From: Gammaproteobacteria bacterium
GTDB taxonomy: Bacteria > Pseudomonadota > Gammaproteobacteria > Ga0077536
Reading direction: 5' to 3'
Assembly (NCBI GenBank): GCA_038116745.1
Contig: JAYODW010000004.1
Coordinates: 50,408 to 114,407, forward strand
Length of the DNA stretch: 64,000 bases
Shown: in pieces, positions 41,219-49,217 of the stretch
Position numbering within the stretch: the stretch's first letter is position 1
Layout of the letters: each line of letters begins with the position of its first letter
Notes under the pieces: generated by a model
Told to the model about the DNA's origin: nothing
The model's input: the letters and a program-made list of their open reading frames with translations, nothing else
Database searches by the model: none
Position numbers and translations under genes: made by a program

Positions 41219-43408
41219 ATGAAGCGGATCAGAAAAGTCCAGGTGTCGACCGGCGTTTACTGGGTAGAAGTGCCGGACGCCAACGCCTACGTGCTCTGCG
41301 GAGCGCCTGCCGACAGCACCAAGCATCTGTTCAAGCGCGGTCTGATCGTTCCCACCGAGAACGACGGTGTGAGTTTCGAGACGGGTCCGAACATCATCTT
41401 GCTTTCAGATCTGATGCTGCAGAACGGCATGTTCTGCAACATGGTTGAATTCCCCATACTGCAGATGCTCTACCGTCAGGGCATGTTGATCCCGGGACAT
41501 CCGAACAACACGGGCCAGAAGCCGCTCCTGGTCGGGTCACCGGATCAGATAGAAGCGCAGCTGCAGTACATCTATCGCGGTAATTACGGACTGGTTTCGA
41601 CCGAGGAGCTGATGGACGCGGGCATGGCTCCGTCAATGGCCGACGAGCTTATGGAAATGAAGCTCAAGTTCGCCTTCGGAAAGATTCACGACACGCTAAA
41701 TTTTCTGGAGACCTGTCCGCTCGGCGCGGCGCGGGTGGAAATCCGCCCGGGGCTCGGGCTGAGGCGGGTGCGGGCGAACGTTTTCGAATTTGATTACGAC
41801 GAGGAGTCGGTCACGATCGACCTCAATCTGGGTAACCACGAAAAATACAGTTCTCCTATTCCGCTCGATTTCCACAACATACAGAAGGAGTACTTCGCGG
41901 TTATCCACAGCGGAGAGGGCGACGGGTGGGATACCGATCGCTCAGCGATGATGTCCATTCTGATGTTTCAGGGGAAGGTGTACCTCATCGATGCTGGTCC
42001 CAGTGTCATTCAGATCCTCGAAGCGCTGGGGATCTCGGTCAATGAGGTTGAGGGAATCTTCCACACGCATTCCCATGACGATCACTTTGCCGGTCTACCG
42101 GCATTGATGAGAACTGATCGACGGCTCAAGTACTTCGCGACGCCCATGGTGCGGGCGTCCGTGGCGAAGAAAATGTGTGCGCTGCTGTCGATGGACGAGA
42201 GCGACCTCGAGTATTACTTCGACATAGAGTCGCTGCAGCACGACACCTGGAATGATATCGACGGCCTGGAAGTGAAACCGATCATCTCCCCGCACCCGGT
42301 CGAAACGACAATCTTTCAGTTCCGCACGCTGTGGGAGGATGGCTACAAGGTATACGCGCACTATGCGGATATCGCCGCGTTTTCCGTCATTGACGGAATG
42401 GTCAAACGAAATGCGGATGAAGCAGGAATCTCGCCGGAGTTTGCCGAGCGCGTGAAGCGGAGCTATCTCGAGCCCGTCGACGTCAAGAAAATCGATATTG
42501 GTGGCGGCATGATTCATGGAGCCGCCAAGGATTTCCGCGCGGACAGCTCAAAGAAAATCGTGCTCGCACATACCGCGCTGGCTCTGAGCGATGAGCAGAA
42601 AGAAATCGGCTCCCAGGCCGCTTTCGGCACGGTTGACGTCCTGATTCCTTCGTTTCAGGACTATGGGCTCAAAGCGGCGTTCGATTATCTGCAGGCGGAT
42701 TTTTCCGACGTGCCCAGTTCGCAGTTCCGGATGCTCCTGAACCATCCGGCGCCAACTCTTAATCCCGGTACCATCGTGGTTCGTGAGGGCGAGGTGTGCG
42801 ATTACACCTATCTCATCCTGAGCGGTTTCGTGGAGATGATTCGGTCATCCCGGCAAGTCAAGCGGCAGCTTTTCGCGGGTTCCATGATCGGTGAAGTGAG
42901 TGCGTTGAGAGAACGTCCGTCCGAGTTCACTTTTCGAACCTTGTCCTATGTCAGGGCGCTGAAGGTGCCGGCACGCCTCTATCGGGACTTTATCCGAATA
43001 AACAACCTCTATTCTCAGGTTGAGCGATTGCACGAAGCGTGGAATTTCCTGATCGAATCCTGGCTCTTCGGCGATGGGATCCCGGATACTGTGCTGAACC
43101 TGCTGGTCCAGAACATCGACCTGCAGGAGCACCCCTGGGGCCACGAATTTGACCTGAAATCAGACCGATCTTTGCGCATGCTCAAGTCCGGCAAGGTTGA
43201 GCTGTACAAGGGTGAGCAGTGTCTCGAGCACCTGCAGCCGGGTGATTTTTTTGGCGAGGAGTGGATTGTCGGCGGGTGGGACTCGGACCGGCGTGTGAGG
43301 GTCGCATCAGATAGCGCCGAGGTTTATGCCATTCGCTCAGAGAAGCTGGAGTACATACCGATCTGTCGCTGGAAGCTGCGCGAGATAGGTGCTCGGCGTC
43401 GTGTGTAG
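41219..43408 (+). CDS. multidomain protein: unknown N-terminal domain + MBL-fold metallo-hydrolase + two cNMP-binding domains
   Basis: MBL motif HTHSHDDHFAG (HxHxDH) with AGP...KVYLIDAGP upstream. The C-terminus carries two cNMP-binding-like beta-barrel/helix units (...GEVCDYTYLILSGFVEM...FAGSMIGEVSAL...; ...YKGEQCLEHLQPGDFFGEEWIVG...). GC is lower than in the surroundings. Confidence 0.75.
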   Translation: MKRIRKVQVSTGVYWVEVPDANAYVLCGAPADSTKHLFKRGLIVPTENDGVSFETGPNIILLSDLMLQNGMFCNMVEFPILQMLYRQGMLIPGHPNNTGQKPLLVGSPDQIEAQLQYIYRGNYGLVSTEELMDAGMAPSMADELMEMKLKFAFGKIHDTLNFLETCPLGAARVEIRPGLGLRRVRANVFEFDYDEESVTIDLNLGNHEKYSSPIPLDFHNIQKEYFAVIHSGEGDGWDTDRSAMMSILMFQGKVYLIDAGPSVIQILEALGISVNEVEGIFHTHSHDDHFAGLPALMRTDRRLKYFATPMVRASVAKKMCALLSMDESDLEYYFDIESLQHDTWNDIDGLEVKPIISPHPVETTIFQFRTLWEDGYKVYAHYADIAAFSVIDGMVKRNADEAGISPEFAERVKRSYLEPVDVKKIDIGGGMIHGAAKDFRADSSKKIVLAHTALALSDEQKEIGSQAAFGTVDVLIPSFQDYGLKAAFDYLQADFSDVPSSQFRMLLNHPAPTLNPGTIVVREGEVCDYTYLILSGFVEMIRSSRQVKRQLFAGSMIGEVSALRERPSEFTFRTLSYVRALKVPARLYRDFIRINNLYSQVERLHEAWNFLIESWLFGDGIPDTVLNLLVQNIDLQEHPWGHEFDLKSDRSLRMLKSGKVELYKGEQCLEHLQPGDFFGEEWIVGGWDSDRRVRVASDSAEVYAIRSEKLEYIPICRWKLREIGARRRV

Positions 43409-43475
43409 GGGTCGCGAAGGTGTCGCAGCCCCGATCTCGCGGCGCTTGAAAATCGGGCATTCATCGAGGAAAGAA

Positions 43476-43739
43476 ATGCCGATGCGCTGTCTCACGCACC
43501 CCAGTGCTGAATCTAACGCAGAGCTGATCAGCCCATCTTGGAAAAGCGAGTCGGAGAAAGTCGGGCTCAAGGCGGCCTGTGCGGCTGCGGCCTTTTTTCT
43601 TGGAGGACTAGCGTCGCAGCAGTTGGCTGCGAATCCCGAGGGCGGCCGGGTCGTTGCGGGGGCTGGTTCTATCGCGACCCAGGGTGAGACGCTTACCGTA
43701 CATCAGCAGAGCTCTCAGGCAATCCTGAACTGGGAGAGC
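43476..43739 (+). pseudogene. TpsA (filamentous-haemagglutinin-type) N-terminal fragment, truncated after NWES of the TPS domain
   Basis: GAGGAAA RBS and an extended signal peptide. Then LAANPEGGRVVAGAGSIATQGETLTVHQQSSQAILNWES, the canonical start of the haemagg_act/TPS domain. Similarity stops at about 43739. Confidence 0.6.
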
Positions 43740-44049
43740 CGAGCATGTCAGCACGCTGCTCCTGGAGCTCAGCGGCGGAAAAAACGGTCGCGCCTTCAAC
43801 CTCGATGCGCGTCAGGGTGAAGCGGATTTCTCCGGCGCCGGTTGGCGCGCTGACGCTGCCGTTTGAGCCCGGAACCGCGACTACGCCGCCCGAAGAAAGC
43901 GCTGAAGGTGCTTGTTCGAAGCGTTTCTCGATCTGTCCGGGTGCCGCGGCCCCGGAAAGCCCCTGGCCCACTGCCGACAGCGGAAACGACAGAAGCAGCG
44001 CGAACCAGACGCTGTTCTGATGTCTACCTTCGGGGAGGCTGACTTTCAT
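43693..44049 (-). pseudogene. TpsB N-terminal fragment (signal peptide + start of POTRA1)
   Basis: MKVSLPEGRHQNSVWFALLLSFPLSAVGQ signal. ...IRFTLTRIEVEGATVFSAAELQEQRADMLG, then unrelated residues and a stop. TpsB-like sequence ends at about 43738, the same point where the plus-strand TpsA fragment ends. Confidence 0.6.
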
Positions 44050-44316
44050 GTCTCAGTAGTATCGACGCTTCTCAAGCTCGTACCAGTCAGTCGGGACGGT
44101 GACCTCGCATCAGCCCGCTGCGTGGGGAGGACCAAAGTCCGCGCGGAGCCAAGCATGGAACACCCCCGGATCGAGAACAGGAGCATGCTCCATGACTCCG
44201 TTTACTTTTTTTAGCCGATTTTTTCGGAAGGCTAGGAGCTTCAAGAGTAAAACTCAATTAGAACATTAAGTTTTATCCGGGCTCACGATGGGAAAAAGAC
44301 ACGGAGGCTTTCGGGT

Positions 44317-46362
44317 TCATTCCACCGCAATCCCGCCCTCCGCGAGGGCCTGTTTGAGCTGCGCAACCAGGCGCGACCACTGCACCCGGTGCACCCGGCC
44401 GATCAGATCAACCCGGGGCAGGCCCGCGCCCTTGACCAGGTAGTAGCCATCTTCTGCCGGCATGACGCCATCCATGTGGCAGATGTCGTTTTCCAGGCGG
44501 CAGGACACGCCGAGGCGGTCATAGCCGAAGTGTTTGAATACGCGCAGGAATGTAGTCGACAGCGATGGGCCTCCGCCGGCCACCCTGGAGATAGTGTCGA
44601 CCGCACGCTGGCTCAGGCGGTGACGCGAGTCATCATCCTCGGGCGTGCGCAGGCTGAGATCGAAGCCAACCGGTTCGCCTTTGACGATCCGCAGCTTCTC
44701 GATATCACCATCGAGACGACCACTGACCTGGCCGAAAGGCACCACCTGCGTGATCTGTTCGAGATCCAGACCGCGCATGCGGATGGATGCACTGACCTCG
44801 GGCACGAGCCCGAAAGGCTCCGCGATACGCAGCTCCGCGACTTCAATCGCGCCGTCAAATGCGCTCGCCTCGAGCGTCCCGCCGAGGGTCACGGTGCCAT
44901 CCTGATAGGTCAGCAGCGGCAGCCGGCCGGACAGGCTACCCGCGAACGGCGGCCAGTCGAGGGCCAGGGTCAGCTGACCCAGATCGATGGGCTCCAGCGC
45001 TGCTTCGAATCTGAGCGCAATGTCGTCGCTGGCGTAATTCCGCAGCGAAAAGGCATCCACGCGCAGGGCGCCTCCGAGCAAAGGCACACGCACCGGCGCC
45101 AGCAGGTCGACAGCCTGCCCGGCCATGCCGAGTTCAAGCGTCAGCGCGCCGAAGCCGGCACCGTGCACAAAACCGCCATCCAGCGTAATCAGGCTCGAGC
45201 TGAGGGCGTCACCGCGCGCCGCCCAGATAACTTCACCGTTTATGCCGTAGACGGCAAAACGGCCCTGGCGGTCCTCCAGATGAACCTGTGAGAGCGACAG
45301 ATCAATGGACTGCAGGTCGCCGGCCGCCAGCTCAAAACGCCCCGCAAGCTCGCCGCCGATATCCAGAGTGGCGAACGCCGTGCCGACCAGAAACCCGGCC
45401 AGATATAGATCGTAGAGCGCAGGAAAGCGTCCCTGTCGGATCGCGCCGCGAACGCTGGTGAGCTCTCCTTCTTCCAAGCGCAGTTCATCGAGCGTGACGG
45501 ACAACGCACCAGGCTGCTCGAGCTCAAGTCCGCGCAGCGACAGGACAGCTGCCGCTGGCTCGTAGCTCAGTGCGGTGCTCAAGCGCAGGGGAAATCCGGC
45601 CAGGTCCAGATAGACCGGTTCCACGTAGGCACCGCCGGCGTCGACACCGAGCGTCAGCGTCCCGCGCCACGGCGCCGCATTCCCGCCGCTGAGCTGAAAG
45701 CCGAGAAGCGCATCAAGCGCCTCCGTCGCCACACGACCACTGTCATCACTGCACGCAACGTCGCTGAACTGCATCTCACCCGCAGCGCTTACCCCGGAAT
45801 CCGCTGACTCAAGCCGCAGACTGAAACTCACCTGTCCCGACGAAAAGCTCAGCCCCCGAAGATGTGGCTGTGGTAGTGGCAGCTCGGCGAGAGCGAGACC
45901 TGTTCCCGTCGCCGTAACTGACAGCGCACCGTCCCGCACATCCAGGATCAGCCCGAGCGCCAGTGTGCCCCCGGCCAGCGGAACCGGGAACAGGTCAACG
46001 CCAAGTCGTTGCCCGGGGACGTCATAGCTCAGCGTTGCCTGCATCGGCGGCCAGCCCGGCACCCGTAGGTCAGCGTCACGGCAGGCGACCTCAAGAGCGC
46101 TGATCGACACGCCATAGCAGTGCAAGGAAACATCCTGCAGACGACCTACCGGCGACGGCAGCTCCAGGACGCCCAGCGACAACGTCAGCTCCGGTCCCCG
46201 CGACCCGGCCCAGTCGACGGTGAGGCGCAGGGTCTCGGCGCGCCAGCCCGCACCCTCGATGGCGGCAAGCGTCAGCGCACTCGGCTCTGCAGCATGCGTT
46301 GTCGCGCTAAAGCCAAGCAATACGGCCAGCGCGCCCGCTCGCAGCCGGCCACCAAAACTCAT
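44317..46362 (-). CDS. YdbH/AsmA-like large periplasmic protein
   Basis: Signal peptide. 681 aa, Gly/Leu/Ala-rich repeats. C-terminal YYLVKGAGLPRVDLIGRVHRVQW-type motif. Confidence 0.45.
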   Translation of the reverse strand: MSFGGRLRAGALAVLLGFSATTHAAEPSALTLAAIEGAGWRAETLRLTVDWAGSRGPELTLSLGVLELPSPVGRLQDVSLHCYGVSISALEVACRDADLRVPGWPPMQATLSYDVPGQRLGVDLFPVPLAGGTLALGLILDVRDGALSVTATGTGLALAELPLPQPHLRGLSFSSGQVSFSLRLESADSGVSAAGEMQFSDVACSDDSGRVATEALDALLGFQLSGGNAAPWRGTLTLGVDAGGAYVEPVYLDLAGFPLRLSTALSYEPAAAVLSLRGLELEQPGALSVTLDELRLEEGELTSVRGAIRQGRFPALYDLYLAGFLVGTAFATLDIGGELAGRFELAAGDLQSIDLSLSQVHLEDRQGRFAVYGINGEVIWAARGDALSSSLITLDGGFVHGAGFGALTLELGMAGQAVDLLAPVRVPLLGGALRVDAFSLRNYASDDIALRFEAALEPIDLGQLTLALDWPPFAGSLSGRLPLLTYQDGTVTLGGTLEASAFDGAIEVAELRIAEPFGLVPEVSASIRMRGLDLEQITQVVPFGQVSGRLDGDIEKLRIVKGEPVGFDLSLRTPEDDDSRHRLSQRAVDTISRVAGGGPSLSTTFLRVFKHFGYDRLGVSCRLENDICHMDGVMPAEDGYYLVKGAGLPRVDLIGRVHRVQWSRLVAQLKQALAEGGIAVE

Positions 46363-46377
46363 GCCTTCACCTGCGGT

Positions 46378-47325
46378 TCAGCTGCGCAGGCGCCCGCAGC
46401 GATACCCGAGCCGCGGGAAATGCACATGAACCCGTCCCGTTCGCGGCCCGTCGGTCGCAAGCACGATGCGCTGCTTATCGATAACCACCAGCTCACCACT
46501 GGCCGGTGTGTCCTGGTTGTCGAGCGGCATCACCCGCACTCGGTCACCGGGCTCTAAACCCTCCGGAGAAAAATCACCAGCCGAGTCATCAGGCAATGTC
46601 GCTGGTTCGGCAGATCGGGCCACATCCAGTGCTGCGGCGGGATCGAATGCCTCCATGACGCCGTGACCGATTGCCGCCACACGGGCCATCCACGCCCGCA
46701 GCCGTGGCAGCCCGGATGGCAGGGCTTCTTTCCCGCCAATGGTCTGCAGAAACCAGGGAGCTTCGTAGAGCGCGAAATCCGCCAGTGTCGGCGTTGGGCC
46801 CAGCACCCAGGTGCGACCGTCTGCGAAGAGGGACTCGATCTTTTCAAGCTGTGGGCCAATCTGCGGCAGGTATTTCTGCGCGGACGCCCGGACCTGCGCC
46901 TCGCTGGGACACGGCTTACCGTGCAGCCGGGCGCGATCAGCATGAAACGCCGCCGTGAATCGCGCGGCGTGAACCCCGGTGATGTAGAGCGCGAGCGGCC
47001 GGCACACGCTGTGCTCGGCCCAGTAAACCAGCGCGTCGAGCTGGGTCCGACCCGCTGGATTATCGTCGGGATAGATCGAAGGCACCGGTGCAAGAGACTC
47101 AAGCCGATCTGCAATCAGCTGGGTGTCACAGTACACATCGGCCCCGATCTGCAGGGCCGGTGTGCGCCGGTACCCGGCGGTCAGCGGGGTGTAATCAGGC
47201 TTGGGCGCATAGGCGGGAATGTCGACCGAGCGCCACCCGAGCCCCTTGAGACCCAGTACCAGTCGTACCTTCTCCGAGTAATTGGAGAAGTCGTAGTGGT
47301 GCAGGATCAGCTCGGACGGCGCCAC
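46378..47325 (-). CDS. glutathione S-transferase family protein with C-terminal extension
   Basis: GST N-terminal thioredoxin-like segment (LILHHYDFSNYSEKVRLVL). About 90 extra C-terminal residues. Confidence 0.6.
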   Translation of the reverse strand: MAPSELILHHYDFSNYSEKVRLVLGLKGLGWRSVDIPAYAPKPDYTPLTAGYRRTPALQIGADVYCDTQLIADRLESLAPVPSIYPDDNPAGRTQLDALVYWAEHSVCRPLALYITGVHAARFTAAFHADRARLHGKPCPSEAQVRASAQKYLPQIGPQLEKIESLFADGRTWVLGPTPTLADFALYEAPWFLQTIGGKEALPSGLPRLRAWMARVAAIGHGVMEAFDPAAALDVARSAEPATLPDDSAGDFSPEGLEPGDRVRVMPLDNQDTPASGELVVIDKQRIVLATDGPRTGRVHVHFPRLGYRCGRLRS

Positions 47326-47334
47326 CGCGTACAG

Positions 47335-48123
47335 TTACAGGCTGCCCAGGAAATCATCCAGCGCGCGATTGAAGTCTTCCGGCACTTCGAGGTTCGAGAC
47401 GTGCGCGGCGTTCAGCTCGACGTAGCGCGAGCCTGCGACGCGGGCGTGCATGTCCTGCATCGCCACCGCCGGCGTGCCGGCATCGTGCGTGCCGGCGATG
47501 AAGAGCAGGGGCGTGGTAATCCCGGCGATCTGCTCAAGATAGTCCAGCGCCTTGATCGCGCCGCAGCAGCCCAGGTAGCCATCCAGCGGTGTGGCGCGGA
47601 CCATCGCCCGGACCGCGTCCATCTGCGCCGGCCGGGCCTCGCGGGTCGGTGCCGTGAACCAGCGCTCCAGCGTCGCGTCCAGAATCGGTTCCAGGCCGCT
47701 GGCGCTGACCGCGCGGATGCGGTCATCCCATATCTGGCGCCCCTCTGGCGGAAACCCCGCCACGCAGTTCGCCGCAGTCAGGGAGAGGAGCCGCTCGGGA
47801 TGGGTCAGCCCCAGTCCGAGCGCGGTCATGCCGCCCATGGACAAGCCACAGAAGTGAAATTTTTCCACCCCGAGCGCTTCCGCCAGGGCCGCGGCATCGT
47901 CAACCAGATCGGCAAAGCTGTACGGCCCCGGCGGCACCTCAGTCTGTCCGTGACCACGCTGGTCATAGCGCACCACGCGGTAGCGATCGCGCAGGTGCTC
48001 AGCCTGCGGCGCCCACATCTCGAGGTTGGCACCCAGGGAATTAGACAACAGCAGCACCGGTGCGTCGGCCGGCCCGTCGACCGCGTGGTTGATGCTGATA
48101 GTGCGTGTTTTGATTGTGCTCAT
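47335..48123 (-). CDS. pcaD: 3-oxoadipate enol-lactonase (alpha/beta hydrolase)
   Basis: 262 aa with GLSMGG nucleophile. Overall pattern typical of PcaD. Confidence 0.7.
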   Translation of the reverse strand: MSTIKTRTISINHAVDGPADAPVLLLSNSLGANLEMWAPQAEHLRDRYRVVRYDQRGHGQTEVPPGPYSFADLVDDAAALAEALGVEKFHFCGLSMGGMTALGLGLTHPERLLSLTAANCVAGFPPEGRQIWDDRIRAVSASGLEPILDATLERWFTAPTREARPAQMDAVRAMVRATPLDGYLGCCGAIKALDYLEQIAGITTPLLFIAGTHDAGTPAVAMQDMHARVAGSRYVELNAAHVSNLEVPEDFNRALDDFLGSL

Positions 48124-48128
48124 GCGTC

Positions 48129-49217
48129 TTACTCTCCAAGCTGCCGGTTCACCGCCGGCATCACTTCTTCGGCCATTAATTCCATCGAGCGGCGCGACAG
48201 CTGGACGTCAGCCCAGTCATGCCCGGCATACACCAGCGTGCCGAAAGCACCGACTTCCTCACGCAGGGCGAGGATCTGCTCGGTCACCTGCTCAGGCGTG
48301 CCGCAGATAACCAGAGAGTTCATCACAAACTCGTGGGTCACTTCGGCGTCCGGCATATCGCGGCGATTCTTGAACAGGTCAGGGCGACCGTTGCCGATCA
48401 GTTTCCGCATCAGGCTGCGATAGTAGTTGCCATAAGGACCGTCGGGATCCATGGCATAGGCGCGTGCGGTTTTCTCATCTTCAGCCACGAAAATACTCTT
48501 CGCCACCCGCCACTGCCCGACGTCAGGCTCCCGTCCGCTCTCCGCCCAGCCCTCGAGCAGCTTGTCCCAGTGCGTCCTGACCCAGGCCGGCTGGAGAAAA
48601 TTGGCAGAGATGATCGACCAGCCGTGGCTGGCAGCGTTCGACACCGAGTCGGAATATGGCGACATGCACGCCACTACAATAGGCGGATACGGCTTCTGCA
48701 GCGGTCCCAGAATGGCGCCCTGCCCGATCTCTAGATCCATGGTGCGTCGCGTGGTCACCTCCCAGAACTCGCCCTTGAGGTCGTAGGGGGCCTCGCCGTC
48801 CCAGATTGCCAGCACCTGGGCGATGGCTTCGTGGAACATCGCCTTGCGATCGCGGTCCAGATTACCGAAGACCTCGGCATCAGAGCGCAGCCCGCCAGGA
48901 CTGATCCCGAGAATAAAGCGGCCAGCGAGCATGTGATCGACCATCGCGACCTGAGCGGCAACCGCGGCAGGATGGCTGTTGGGCAGGTTGATAGTGCCGC
49001 TGCCGAGACGGATCTGCTTGGTGTGATAGGCCAGGCTGGCCAGAAAGATCAGGCAGGAGGTGATCGTTTCCGCCTTGTCGGTGACGTGTTCGCCGACAAA
49101 GGCCTCGTGAAAGCCGAGACTGTCAGCAAGCAGGATCGCCGCCCGATCTTCAGCCAGTGTGATGCTGTAGTCGCGCGTGATCGGATGCAGCGGCATGGTG
49201 AAATAACTGAGCTTCAT
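48129..49217 (-). CDS. LLM-class flavin-dependent monooxygenase/oxidoreductase
   Basis: Luciferase-like pattern (FHEAFVGEHV, ICGTPEQVTEQI). Confidence 0.8.
   Translation of the reverse strand: MKLSYFTMPLHPITRDYSITLAEDRAAILLADSLGFHEAFVGEHVTDKAETITSCLIFLASLAYHTKQIRLGSGTINLPNSHPAAVAAQVAMVDHMLAGRFILGISPGGLRSDAEVFGNLDRDRKAMFHEAIAQVLAIWDGEAPYDLKGEFWEVTTRRTMDLEIGQGAILGPLQKPYPPIVVACMSPYSDSVSNAASHGWSIISANFLQPAWVRTHWDKLLEGWAESGREPDVGQWRVAKSIFVAEDEKTARAYAMDPDGPYGNYYRSLMRKLIGNGRPDLFKNRRDMPDAEVTHEFVMNSLVICGTPEQVTEQILALREEVGAFGTLVYAGHDWADVQLSRRSMELMAEEVMPAVNRQLGE

Noticed and set aside
39776-43740. Programmed invertible (phase-variable) DNA switch
   Set aside because: Site-specific inversion needs inverted repeats at both junctions. 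Only GGGAG-like microhomology is present and no recombinase gene is nearby, so a one-off illegitimate inversion fits better.
46663-48423. Very long ORFs (586 aa at 46663..48423; 638 aa at 49568..51484; 538 aa at 16088..17704; 447 aa at 28555..29898; 392 aa at 62099..63277 and similar)
   Set aside because: They are Arg/Gly/His-rich and lie antisense to well-supported genes (GST/pcaD/LLM, RdhA, malate synthase, esterase, cupin). They are typical high-GC shadow ORFs.
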